In this document: positions 1 to 9,690 of the stretch, one piece after another
Layout of the letters: the number at the start of each line of letters is the position of its first letter
How positions within the stretch are numbered: position 1 is the stretch's first letter
Assembly: GCA_051873995.1 (NCBI GenBank)
Contig: JBJEFL010000028.1
Coordinates: forward strand, 73,183-137,182
Source of the DNA: Bacillus sp. (in: firmicutes)
GTDB lineage: Bacteria; Bacillota; Bacilli; Bacillales; DSM-1321
Length of the DNA stretch: 64,000 nt
Direction of reading: 5' to 3'
Notes under the pieces: generated by a model
The model's database searches: none
What the model saw: only the letters and a program-made list of their open reading frames with translations
Told to the model about the DNA's origin: nothing
Position numbers and translations under genes: made by a program

Positions 1-513
1 CGTCATACTGACGGCTGTTCCACTCGAAAAATCCAAAAAACATAATGGAGGAAATAACACGCACCACCAATTGGCTCCTTTACCTTCTCCAAGCGTAATG
101 ACAATTGCTTCATATTCTCCTGCAGGATATAAAAATTGGCCATACAATTTGGTCGGAAACTCCGCTTTTCCGAATTCCACCTTTACCGTTTGCTGTAACC
201 CCTGTTCTTTCACATAGCTCTCCGCTATCGCCTGGATATCGCCCAAATGACTCCGAATAACTCGACGCGCCTCTTCAAGCGACGTTAAATCAGCCACCCA
301 TTCTGTAATATTGGCATTTACTTCATCTCGTATTGCACGTTTGACTTGTTGATCTTGCCCATTATCGCTATTTGCTAGAATACGAAGACGAATCGCCTCA
401 TTCGGAATAATAACCGTTTCACTTTCCGCCTCCACTTGCGGAATATATAAACTAATAATCGTGACCAAACATAATAAAATCATATATAAAGATGCTAATT
501 GATTTCGCTTCAT
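1..513 (-). CDS. spoIIR: Stage II sporulation protein R (3' end runs off the window)
   Basis: Manual translation from ATG 513 (RBS GAAAGGGAG): MKRNQLASLY...EAIRLRILANSD...FPTKLYG..YPAGEYEA...GANWWCVLFPPLCF, the SpoIIR signature; open to position 1; absent from the ORF track. Confidence 0.95.
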   Translation of the reverse strand, partial: MKRNQLASLYMILLCLVTIISLYIPQVEAESETVIIPNEAIRLRILANSDNGQDQQVKRAIRDEVNANITEWVADLTSLEEARRVIRSHLGDIQAIAESYVKEQGLQQTVKVEFGKAEFPTKLYGQFLYPAGEYEAIVITLGEGKGANWWCVLFPPLCFLDFSSGTAVSMT

Positions 514-538
514 TTTCCCCACTCCCTTTCATACAACC

Positions 539-568
539 CATTGTGGACAAAAAAAATCTATCTTAAAC
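539..568 (-). promoter_or_regulatory. Putative sigma-F promoter of spoIIR
   Basis: Minus strand GTTTA-15 nt-GTCCACAATG; spoIIR is sigma-F dependent in B. subtilis; overlaps the upstream terminator hairpin. Confidence 0.55.
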
Positions 569-586
569 TAGTAAGATAGATTTTTT
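551..586. terminator. Intrinsic terminator after the ABC operon
   Basis: AAAAAATCTATCTTA-aactag-TAAGATAGATTTTTT inverted repeat with A/T runs on both sides. Confidence 0.75.
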
Positions 587-750
587 AGGTCGTCGAGAAA
601 CCTTATTTTCAACACATCCCCTTCAGACTGACTTGAAAACGTTTGTCAGTCGAGGCGCGCCAGACCGGCGAAGACGTGAATAGAACATATGGTTCATGAA
701 CGGACAAGCCGGGTCAGCAACGAAGAATGCGAGCGTTTTTCAACAGTCTG
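587..750 (+). mobile_element. MITE-like repeat family A, copy 1 (longest, 164 bp)
   Basis: AGGTCGTCGAG...CAACAGTCTG, flanked by a perfect 17-bp direct repeat AGTAAGATAGATTTTTT (570-586, 751-767); related copies at 22648, 29196 and 47261. Confidence 0.75.
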
Positions 751-809
751 AGTAAGATAGATTTTTTCAAAAGTAAATACTCCTTATGTAGAAATAGGAG
801 AATCTTCTA

Positions 810-1904
810 TTATCGACGATCAATCAGTTTAATTCCGAGTCCCATCAATACGATACCAATCAATATCATCAGTAATACAGGGTACATTAATGTTGGCCAA
901 TCTTGGCCATAAATCGTCGCTCCTTTTAACGCTTCCATCGCATAGGTAATCGGCATAAATTTCGATAAAACAATCATCACATCGGACGTGACAATTTCCA
1001 AAGGCCAATACGCTCCCCCAATCATAGCCATACTGACAGAAACAAGCGGGATAATTACATTATACTGTTGAATATTTTTGACCAATGATGCAATGAACAA
1101 AGTCAGGGCAATGATGCAAAAAACATACGGAATAAGAATTACCAACGTCTTTCCGAATGCTCCATAGAAATTAATGTGCAATCCGTAACGGAATACAAGG
1201 AAAACAAGCGCCACCTGAACATATCCTGTCATAAAGCAATAGAGTAAATTCCCCGCATACATCTCCCCTTTGCTCACCGGCGAAAGTAAAATCCGATCCC
1301 ACACCCCTTCCTGCTTCTCAGTCAAAATGGATACGACATTAAACGCGATCGTATAGATGACAAAAAACAAAGAAAAACCAAAAATTGATTGTAAGCTAGA
1401 ATCATAGATAAATGATTCATCTGATTGAAAGCTTACCTTTTCTATCTCAAAATTTTGATAGTCTTCTAGTGCATCTAGCTTTTCTGCTAACTTTTGCGTA
1501 TCCGCAGCAGGCAAGGAAGCAATATATGTTTGGCGTGCTTGTTTTTGATAAGCACTTAATATTTCATATTCGACCAGCTGCTCATTTTGACTGTTTGCCG
1601 ATACATAAATCGTCGCTTCATCCTTCTTCAATTCCACAGCGAGCTCATTCTTATTTTCCTTCACCCTCGTCAATGCCGCTGATTTTCCATACCACACATA
1701 CGAAAAAGTATCCATTTCATTTAATTCATTCAACAGTGGCTGCATACTTTCTTTTGATTCAGTCGAAAAAACGGCTATTTCCGTTTTTGTCGTAAAGTTC
1801 ATTCCAACAACATAAGAAAAACCGATGATCCCTAACGTCAACAAAATAAATGACCATGGACTTCTGCGCAATAATTTAAACTTTGTAAACAAAATGGCAA
1901 ACAT
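810..1904 (-). CDS. ABC-2 type exporter permease (LnrN/YfiN-like)
   Basis: 364 aa; N-terminal TM, extracellular domain, five C-terminal TMs; EKQEGVWDRILLSP and GGAYWPLE motifs. Confidence 0.85.
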   Translation of the reverse strand: MFAILFTKFKLLRRSPWSFILLTLGIIGFSYVVGMNFTTKTEIAVFSTESKESMQPLLNELNEMDTFSYVWYGKSAALTRVKENKNELAVELKKDEATIYVSANSQNEQLVEYEILSAYQKQARQTYIASLPAADTQKLAEKLDALEDYQNFEIEKVSFQSDESFIYDSSLQSIFGFSLFFVIYTIAFNVVSILTEKQEGVWDRILLSPVSKGEMYAGNLLYCFMTGYVQVALVFLVFRYGLHINFYGAFGKTLVILIPYVFCIIALTLFIASLVKNIQQYNVIIPLVSVSMAMIGGAYWPLEIVTSDVMIVLSKFMPITYAMEALKGATIYGQDWPTLMYPVLLMILIGIVLMGLGIKLIDRR

Positions 1905-1907
1905 GGA

Positions 1908-3173
1908 TTACACCTCCCCCTTTCTCGGAAAGATGAATACAGCAATGATAAATAAACTGCAACCATAAACCAACATTGTAACAAGCTGCGGACTGGACAC
2001 TGCTATATCATATTGCTGCAACAAATTCATATAAGCCTTTAAGCCGGCTCCATTTAATGTGTAGCTACCGATTGTTTGAAACCAATCCGGAAAGATACTA
2101 ATCGGTATAAAGCTACCACCGAGAAAAGCGATAAAAGTAATGACCACAGAACTGATGGCATCCAAGATTTTTTCCGTCGGTATTCGGAAGCTAATAGCCG
2201 TCAATAAGGTCGTAAATCCTCCTACTCCAAAACAAAGCATCAGCGTTATAAACAAAAAGGAAGAAACACTCGGAATGCTCACATCATATAACAGCGTAGA
2301 CACACCAAATAAAATGCACGTTTGGACATAAGCAATTAACATACCTGAAATAAATGCACTACTTAAATATGTCCACGGAGAAACATCACTGAGCAAAATT
2401 CGATTATACATTTGCAACTCTTTTTCACGTCTCGCAAAAGAAGCGATGGTTGTGGCCACATACAGAACGAACATTGTACTCATCCCTATTGTATAATAAG
2501 CCGCTGAGCTGACAGATGGCACTTCATCCACGGTTTGCCGATTCACCTTCACAGCAGATAAGGCAGACATATCCTCAACCTGTAAGTTCTCTTCCTGTAG
2601 AAAATTACCAAAGGCAAACTGTTCTTGAATATCCGTCACAAGACTCTCAACCATATTCGCAGCTAATGTGTTGCCTTCACTGTAGGCGATTGTCAAAATC
2701 GGCACATCTTGATCACCGAAAAATTGATGACGTAAAAAAGAATACGTAAATTGTTCAGGTACTTGGATAATGGCTGATGCCTCTTCATCACTCTTCATTT
2801 CATCCAATTCAGCCGGCGTTCTTTCTTGCAAATCAATCATCTCTTTTAGCTCTTCAGCACCTAACACTTCATTTTTCAAAATAGAAATCGGTAATGTTTG
2901 CTTCGCACCTGAGATAATCGCTTCTTTCGCTATATCCGGCAAATCGGACGATTGTTCCACTTCCGCAATAAACTGGTCTAATTCTTCCGTTTCCGATCCT
3001 TCTTCAATCACATACACTTTCGCTTTCAGTGTCGTCGTCTCGCCTTCCATCATTCCACCTAAAGCAAAACCGAGAATACAGATTAAAACTGCGGGCATAA
3101 CCAATAAAATAATCAATTCATTTCGATTGCGAACCAATACAAGCAAATCCTTCTTAATTAACTGAAAGAACAT
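1908..3173 (-). CDS. ABC-2 type exporter permease (LnrM/YfiM-like)
   Basis: 421 aa; same architecture; REKELQMYNRILLS and LGGSFIP motifs; tightly coupled to neighbours. Confidence 0.85.
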   Translation of the reverse strand: MFFQLIKKDLLVLVRNRNELIILLVMPAVLICILGFALGGMMEGETTTLKAKVYVIEEGSETEELDQFIAEVEQSSDLPDIAKEAIISGAKQTLPISILKNEVLGAEELKEMIDLQERTPAELDEMKSDEEASAIIQVPEQFTYSFLRHQFFGDQDVPILTIAYSEGNTLAANMVESLVTDIQEQFAFGNFLQEENLQVEDMSALSAVKVNRQTVDEVPSVSSAAYYTIGMSTMFVLYVATTIASFARREKELQMYNRILLSDVSPWTYLSSAFISGMLIAYVQTCILFGVSTLLYDVSIPSVSSFLFITLMLCFGVGGFTTLLTAISFRIPTEKILDAISSVVITFIAFLGGSFIPISIFPDWFQTIGSYTLNGAGLKAYMNLLQQYDIAVSSPQLVTMLVYGCSLFIIAVFIFPRKGEV

Positions 3174-3189
3174 GTTGCTTCCTCACCTC

Positions 3190-4122
3190 CTAATTCCGCA
3201 AGACGCGGCCGGTCAAATGCAGAAACACATCTTCAAGCGTCGGATTTTTCACTTCAATCGAGGTAAACGCCAGCTGCAGCTGTTCAGAAATTGGAATGAG
3301 AATATCAAACACATTCACATCCTTCGGCGCAATAATCGTGACTTGCCGTTCCTGGCTAGTGACACTTGTTAGTTTATTCGTAGCCAACAATGCCTTTTCA
3401 AATTCAGCCGACGCCGTTTTCAATTTCACTTCAACCGTATTTTCCGAAGACAAGATTTGTTTAATCTCCTCATTCGTCCCTGAGGCAATAATTTTCCCAT
3501 GATCCATAATATAAAGACGGTCACACAAAAACTCCACTTCCTCCATATAATGGCTTGTATATAAAACGGTCATATTCTGTTCTTTATTCAGCTTTTTTAC
3601 AGTTTCCAAAATATAATTCCGCGACTGCGGATCAATACCGACAGTCGGCTCATCCATAATAATGAGCTTTGGCTGATGCAAAAGGGCTACGCCGATATTT
3701 AGCCGCCGCTTCATACCGCTTGAAAAGCTCTTTACAACATCTTTGCGGCGATCGCTCAATCCGATCATATCCAGCACTTCATCCACCCGTTTACGCAAAA
3801 CTTTTCCTGATAATTTATGAATTCGACCAAAAAAATATAAATTTTCTTGTGCAGATAGCTCTTGGTATAACGCAATTTCCTGTGGCACCACCCCTAACAG
3901 GTTACGTAACTCCTTTGGGTGCCTTAACGTACTTTTTCCGTATAATTGAACATCTCCATCTGTCGGCTCCAAAAGAGACGAAATCATGGAAATAACCGTA
4001 CTTTTCCCCGCTCCGTTCGGACCAAGCAAACCGACTATTTCTCCTTCCTCCAACTGCATACTGACATCTTTCACGACCGTACGCTGCTTAAATGCTTTCG
4101 TAAGATTTATCACTTCGAGCAC
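3190..4122 (-). CDS. ABC exporter ATP-binding protein (LnrL/YfiL-like)
   Basis: Walker A GPNGAGKS, signature FSSGMKRR, Walker B IIMDEPT, C-terminal LEDVFLHLTG. Confidence 0.95.
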   Translation of the reverse strand: MLEVINLTKAFKQRTVVKDVSMQLEEGEIVGLLGPNGAGKSTVISMISSLLEPTDGDVQLYGKSTLRHPKELRNLLGVVPQEIALYQELSAQENLYFFGRIHKLSGKVLRKRVDEVLDMIGLSDRRKDVVKSFSSGMKRRLNIGVALLHQPKLIIMDEPTVGIDPQSRNYILETVKKLNKEQNMTVLYTSHYMEEVEFLCDRLYIMDHGKIIASGTNEEIKQILSSENTVEVKLKTASAEFEKALLATNKLTSVTSQERQVTIIAPKDVNVFDILIPISEQLQLAFTSIEVKNPTLEDVFLHLTGRVLRN

Positions 4123-4425
4123 AGCAATCCCCTCTCTTTTTCCAAAAAATAATGTGTCACACTATTCATTCTATATATGTATAACATTACTCCCCTATTA
4201 CCCATTCATTTTCCACCAAAAACAAGAAAGATTGACTCGTTGCTTATTCATGTTGTTGGAGAAGCGCGTCTTTTGACGAAACAAACAGAAAAGGCGTCCT
4301 TTTCTTAACGCTGTCAGTAAAAGAAACCTTTCTGAACGTCTTCAATCTGCAATCATTATCTTTCTCCCCATTTATAAATTAACAAAATAAACCATTTAAT
4401 CCAAGAGCAAAAAAAACACCAACTC

Positions 4426-5292
4426 TTATTGAGCTGGTGTTTCTGCAAAGACCATCCGATCTTTTCCGTTAATATCATATTCAATCGTCACATGCGCTTT
4501 TGGTAAGGCTTTTCTTAGCAATTCAGCTACCTTTTCCCCTTGGCCGGCCCCGATTTCAAAGCCCACTAGAGAGGGTGTATTCAGTACATAAGGAAGCTCC
4601 TCGGCAAAACGACGATATAAGTCCAAACCATCTTCACCCGCAAACAAAGCTGTATGTGGTTCATGATCTGTTACAACATTCGACATCGTAAGAGCATCAC
4701 CTTCCGGAATATAAGGAGGATTGGACAAGACGATATCGAACGTCTTCTTCTCCGCAATAAACGGCTGCAATAAATCGCCTTCCACAAACATGATGTCCGC
4801 TTCCAAACGCTTCGCATTCCCTTTCGCTACAGCGAGAGATTGCGGAACGACATCCGTTGCCATTACATCTAGAGAGGGCATCTCCAACTTCATTGTCACA
4901 GCAATCGCCCCACTTCCAGTACCGATATCCACTAAGGATACATCTTGTCTAGCGCCAAATAGAGCCGGAATTTTATGGAGCGTGTGATAAATCAGTTCTT
5001 CCGTTTCCGGCCGCGGAATCAATACTGCTTCATTCACAGTAAAAGGACGACCATAGAACTCTTCGAAGCCCATCATGTATTGAATCGGCATCCCGTCTGC
5101 GTGTTGAAGTACCGCTTTTTGAAACGTATTCCATGTATCGTGCTCTAGCTCATCATGTAAGTTAGCCAGTAATTGTGAACGAGAGCATTGCAAAAAATAC
5201 TTTAATAACAGCTCACCCGCATTTTCATCCCGTTTATGCTGCTTTAAAAAAGAAGAAGCCCAATTAAGGGCTTCATATATTTTCTGACTCAA
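4426..5292 (-). CDS. prmC: Release factor glutamine methyltransferase
   Basis: [22 protein letters not shown] motifs; directly downstream of prfA. Confidence 0.97.
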   Translation of the reverse strand: MSQKIYEALNWASSFLKQHKRDENAGELLLKYFLQCSRSQLLANLHDELEHDTWNTFQKAVLQHADGMPIQYMMGFEEFYGRPFTVNEAVLIPRPETEELIYHTLHKIPALFGARQDVSLVDIGTGSGAIAVTMKLEMPSLDVMATDVVPQSLAVAKGNAKRLEADIMFVEGDLLQPFIAEKKTFDIVLSNPPYIPEGDALTMSNVVTDHEPHTALFAGEDGLDLYRRFAEELPYVLNTPSLVGFEIGAGQGEKVAELLRKALPKAHVTIEYDINGKDRMVFAETPAQ

Positions 5293-5295
5293 GGC

Positions 5296-6375
5296 TTATT
5301 CCCCTTCTCTTTGAAGCTTATTCGCTTGGTCTTCGATAATTAATGCATCGATGACTTCATCTAGCTTCCCTTCCATGACTTGATCCAATTTTTGAATTGT
5401 TAAGCCAATGCGGTGATCTGTCACACGGTTTTGCGGGAAATTGTACGTACGGATACGCTCTGAACGGTCACCCGTTCCTACTGCCAATTTACGGTTTTGA
5501 TCATATTCAGCTTGCGCTTCGCTTTGGAACTTATCATACACACGAGCACGCAATACTTTCATCGCTTTATCTCTGTTTTTGTGCTGAGATTTCTCATCTT
5601 GACACGTAACAACAATACCTGTCGGAATGTGCGTTAACCTAACCGCTGACATTGTTGTATTAACACTTTGTCCGCCAGCACCTGAAGATGCATACGTATC
5701 AAAACGGATATCTTTATCATGAATTTCAACTTCTACATCTTCTGTTTCAGGTAAAACAACCACCGTTGCTGTAGATGTATGAATTCTTCCGCCAGATTCT
5801 GTTTCAGGAACACGTTGCACACGATGTGCTCCATTTTCAAACTTCAACTTAGAATACGCACCATTACCGTTAATCATGAAAATGATTTCCTTAAAGCCAC
5901 CTAAACCAGTTGCATTTGCTTCTATAACTTCCGTTTTCCAACCTTGCATCTCTGCATAACGACTGTACATACGGTATAAGCTTCCTGCGAATAAGGCTGC
6001 TTCATCTCCACCTGCCGCTCCACGAATCTCCATAATAACGTTTTTGTCATCATTAGGATCTTTTGGAATCAGAAGAATTTTTAATCTTTCCTCCAGCTCT
6101 TCCATAGCTGTTTCCAGTTCACTTACTTCTTCTTTTACCATGTCACGCATGTCGGCATCCAGCTTTTCTTCCAGCATGGATTTCGCATCATTGTATTGTT
6201 CACGAACATCTTTGTATTCACGATATACTTCAACTGTTTCTTGAATACCTGATTGTTCTTTTGAATATTCTCTCAGTTTCTTTGGATCATTGACAATGTC
6301 CGGATCACTTAAAAGTTCATTTAATCGATCATAACGATCTTCAACTGCCTGCAATCGATCTATCACAGAATTCAC
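5296..6375 (-). CDS. prfA: Peptide chain release factor 1
   Basis: [26 protein letters not shown] motifs. Confidence 0.99.
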   Translation of the reverse strand: MNSVIDRLQAVEDRYDRLNELLSDPDIVNDPKKLREYSKEQSGIQETVEVYREYKDVREQYNDAKSMLEEKLDADMRDMVKEEVSELETAMEELEERLKILLIPKDPNDDKNVIMEIRGAAGGDEAALFAGSLYRMYSRYAEMQGWKTEVIEANATGLGGFKEIIFMINGNGAYSKLKFENGAHRVQRVPETESGGRIHTSTATVVVLPETEDVEVEIHDKDIRFDTYASSGAGGQSVNTTMSAVRLTHIPTGIVVTCQDEKSQHKNRDKAMKVLRARVYDKFQSEAQAEYDQNRKLAVGTGDRSERIRTYNFPQNRVTDHRIGLTIQKLDQVMEGKLDEVIDALIIEDQANKLQREGE

Positions 6376-6461
6376 CTCGAATTTTTTACATAACTACTTA
6401 ATTATAGTATGGAGATGAACGAACGTCAAAATTCCCTTTACAAACCAGAATCCCATCTCTC

Positions 6462-8003
6462 TTATCCATTCGAAACAGATTTATATCGCTCCTTCTTTAA
6501 TACGGTTTTCTCCTTATCTATGCCAGAAGGAGTGACAAGTTTCTCTGTGCTATTGGAGAAGATAATTCCTAATAATCCGAATATATATAACGTAACGGCT
6601 TTGTCTTCCCATGTATTGTACACAATGGAACTGGCTACAATCGCAATAAAGATAAGCATAGCAAAAACAGCTTTCGGTTCATCACGTCGCTTCAGAAGCA
6701 TAAAGAAAATAGCCAGTAAAAAGGCACCGAATGCAACGACTCCCAACACACCTGTCTGAGCGATTACTTGAATATATTGATTATCGCTATAAATGCCATC
6801 ACGCAGTTCATATTGCTCATAAATTGGTGAACCGTACGCCAATGACGCTGAATCACCGAATGTTGCAAAACCAGAACCTGCTATCGGATGGTCACTAAAC
6901 ACAAGGAATCCTTTATCTAAAATCCATAAACGACCACCAGATCGACTTTGTCCTAGTGTATCCGAAGAAAATGTTTCCTCAATACGCTCTTTCTGTCTAT
7001 TTTCTCCTTGTCCTTCATTCTCATCCATGTTTATAACTTCAGTGACTGGTAATACAGTTTCTGTTGATTTAATATCAAGCCACTTCGTGAATGGTTCAAC
7101 TACATACAAGGCAACCACAAGTGACATAATTAGCGCAGCGCTCAATTGAATAACTTTCTTCCATTCACGTTTCCATAGGACATACACCGCAAAGGAAACA
7201 AGAAACGCCAACAAGGTACCTCTTGAGTACGTTAACACACTGGTTGTTCCAATAAGAATAATTCCAACCCAAACCAACTTCTGTTTCCAATTCACTAACA
7301 GTGATTTTAAATAGAAAGACGTAAATAACGCAATCACTAAAAAGGACGCCAATACATTTGGATTTTTAGCCAATCCATAAACACGGTCTCCGTTTGTCGG
7401 ACTAATTGCAAATCCTTCCCAAGCGCTTGGGAAAAGCCATGTTTTATCTGAAATTTTTTCAATGATTCCCAACACAGATAAAACGGAAGCAACAAAGAAG
7501 GTTGTCCACAAATACAAATGGATATCATCGTTCTTCAAAACTAAACGCTTCATCACATAAAAAATTAAATATGTCAGTAAAAAGGCCCTTAACTGCGTAA
7601 TGATAGCCATCAACGAAACATCATTCAAATAGGCCGAAATGGTCCCTACTGCACAAAATGCAAAAAACGCCCATTCAAACCAGTGAAACGAAAACAAGCT
7701 TCGAGTATCTTTTTTTGATTTCCACAAAATGTGAAGTAAACTTCCAAAAATAATGACCTCAGCTACTATTTTCAAAGAAGGGTTCATCTCAATAAAAAAC
7801 GAACGAGCCGGGAAATAAATGATTAAAAAAGTTAATGCTTTAGAAGGAAATAAGACTGAATAAACAAGCAACACCGACAAAAACAACAAAGTTACACTTT
7901 TCACAGGCAGCAATAGGGTTAAAGCCAAAAAAACAAGCACCCCTACAAAACCTATCACTTGCCCTTTAAAAGCATTGTAACTATAATTATCCTTATTTAA
8001 CAT
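6462..8003 (-). CDS. O-antigen ligase/polymerase (Wzy_C/WaaL-like) family membrane protein
   Basis: 513 aa, many TM helices; R-VYG..NPN, TYSRG, RLWIL..HPIAGSG, SDNQYIQVIAQTGVLG motifs. Confidence 0.75.
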   Translation of the reverse strand: MLNKDNYSYNAFKGQVIGFVGVLVFLALTLLLPVKSVTLLFLSVLLVYSVLFPSKALTFLIIYFPARSFFIEMNPSLKIVAEVIIFGSLLHILWKSKKDTRSLFSFHWFEWAFFAFCAVGTISAYLNDVSLMAIITQLRAFLLTYLIFYVMKRLVLKNDDIHLYLWTTFFVASVLSVLGIIEKISDKTWLFPSAWEGFAISPTNGDRVYGLAKNPNVLASFLVIALFTSFYLKSLLVNWKQKLVWVGIILIGTTSVLTYSRGTLLAFLVSFAVYVLWKREWKKVIQLSAALIMSLVVALYVVEPFTKWLDIKSTETVLPVTEVINMDENEGQGENRQKERIEETFSSDTLGQSRSGGRLWILDKGFLVFSDHPIAGSGFATFGDSASLAYGSPIYEQYELRDGIYSDNQYIQVIAQTGVLGVVAFGAFLLAIFFMLLKRRDEPKAVFAMLIFIAIVASSIVYNTWEDKAVTLYIFGLLGIIFSNSTEKLVTPSGIDKEKTVLKKERYKSVSNG

Positions 8004-8234
8004 GCAAAATCCCCTTAAAACTGTCCTTTTTATAACTTTAGAAGAAACAGTTGTAAATATAGTTAATATTATTCAACATTGTAACATGTTAGAAAGGGAC
8101 TTGTATGTTAATATGCTCACTATTAAAAACAAAACAAATATTCGCAATAAACACTTTCCTATTTATATAAAAAAACCAGTGCAGCTAGATAATCGCACTG
8201 GTTTTTAGCATTTGCTTTATGACACAATCTACTA

Positions 8235-8846
8235 TTATTGCATAGCATTTTGAGCAGGACGAACAATTTCCTTACCCGGTACTTCGTGATGATGGCGGCA
8301 TCTAGGCTCATAAGCTTCCGAAGCACCGACAAGGATAACCGGCTCATGATAGTGGGCTGGTTGATCATCAATTAATCGTTGCGTACGACTTGCGACTCCT
8401 CCGCAAACGGCACATACCGCTTGTAACTTTGTCACTGATTCTGCCAAAGACATCAGTGCAGGCACCGGTCCAAATGGTTCCCCTCGAAAATCTTGATCAA
8501 GACCTGCCAAGATAACGCGATAACCGTTATCCGCCAACGTCTGAGCCACCTCGACAATTTGGTCATCAAAAAATTGCACTTCATCAATAGCAATCACATC
8601 AATATCCTCTCCTACACGAGAAAGAATCTCTGCTGATTTATTGATCGGGAACGCAAGCACAGACGATCCATTATGCGAAACAACTTCTTCCTCTGCGTAT
8701 CGGTTATCAATTGCCGGTTTGAATACAATGGTTTTTTGACGAGCAAATTGTGTACGGCGAATTCTTCTAATAAGCTCCTCTGATTTCCCAGAGAACATAC
8801 TGCCACATATTAGCTCCATCCACCCTGCTGGTTTCTTTTCGTACAC
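8235..8846 (-). CDS. tdk: Thymidine kinase
   Basis: [33 protein letters not shown], Zn-binding CAVC...CRHH. Confidence 0.97.
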   Translation of the reverse strand: MYEKKPAGWMELICGSMFSGKSEELIRRIRRTQFARQKTIVFKPAIDNRYAEEEVVSHNGSSVLAFPINKSAEILSRVGEDIDVIAIDEVQFFDDQIVEVAQTLADNGYRVILAGLDQDFRGEPFGPVPALMSLAESVTKLQAVCAVCGGVASRTQRLIDDQPAHYHEPVILVGASEAYEPRCRHHHEVPGKEIVRPAQNAMQ

Positions 8847-9260
8847 TTTTCTCTCTCCTTCCTATGTACAGCCTGAATATAGGTAGTTCTTGTTCACAGT
8901 TCATCATGTCTTTTAGTGTTACCTATAATATCTATGTCATTTATATAAAGAAAAATGGCTTGTACCACTTTTTAACGTAGATTGTTGTATTTAATGAGGA
9001 AACAATACTACTGAACGTGTTCACTTCCGATTATTGGTTCGAACAGATGATTGTCTTTTCATCTATATCACGTTCCTATGAGGATTTGATCCTACAAGGC
9101 CGAAGACACTTCCCACTTGTTTAGAAGTGTGGAGAATGCTGCAAAGCGGGTTCAATGCACCGCATTATTCATTCTACAAAATATGACTGGAGTATGCTAT
9201 ACGAATTTATAAACAGAATAGGGGAAATCTGCATGTTTTGTTCATTTTTTAATGAATGAC

Positions 9261-9299
9261 AAAAGAAAAGACAGGCAAGGGAATGTACTTGCCTGTCTT
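9261..9299 (-). terminator. Intrinsic terminator after rpmE
   Basis: AAGACAGGCAAG / CTTGCCTGTCTT 12-bp stem, with a U-run on the minus strand. Confidence 0.8.
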
Positions 9300-9314
9300 A
9301 AACATTCATACAAA

Positions 9315-9524
9315 TTATTGTTGAGTTTTGATACCGTATTTTTTGTTGAAGCGGTCAACACGTCCGCCAGCCTCAGCAAATTTCTGACGTCCAGTATAGA
9401 ATGGGTGGCATTCAGAACAAGTCTCAACACGGATTTCTTCTTTTACTGAACCAGTTTCAAATTCGTTACCACAAGCACACTTAACAGTGATTTTGTTGTA
9501 ATTAGGATGAATTCCTGCTTTCAT
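9315..9524 (-). CDS. rpmE: 50S ribosomal protein L31, Zn-binding type A
   Basis: MKAGIHPNY...CACG...[10 protein letters not shown]...[10 protein letters not shown]; start moved to ATG 9524 after RBS AAGGAG. Confidence 0.97.
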   Translation of the reverse strand: MKAGIHPNYNKITVKCACGNEFETGSVKEEIRVETCSECHPFYTGRQKFAEAGGRVDRFNKKYGIKTQQ

Positions 9525-9690
9525 TCTTTTCATCTCCTTCCGCCCTGAATCATTTCCTGAAACAGAGTTATATCTAGAAAGTGAAAAACCTTTCACCATC
9601 ATAATCAAACATGCTTTTAATTATAACAAGCTACTATTTGAAATGCAACTGATTGTTGTATAGACAGAACATTTTCATCTATGAAAGTAA

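Noticed and set aside
9252-9608. N-terminally extended L31 (97 aa) and the overlapping 62-65-aa ORFs
   Set aside because: The RBS supports ATG 9524, giving a normal 69-aa L31; the others are shadows of rpmE and its terminator.
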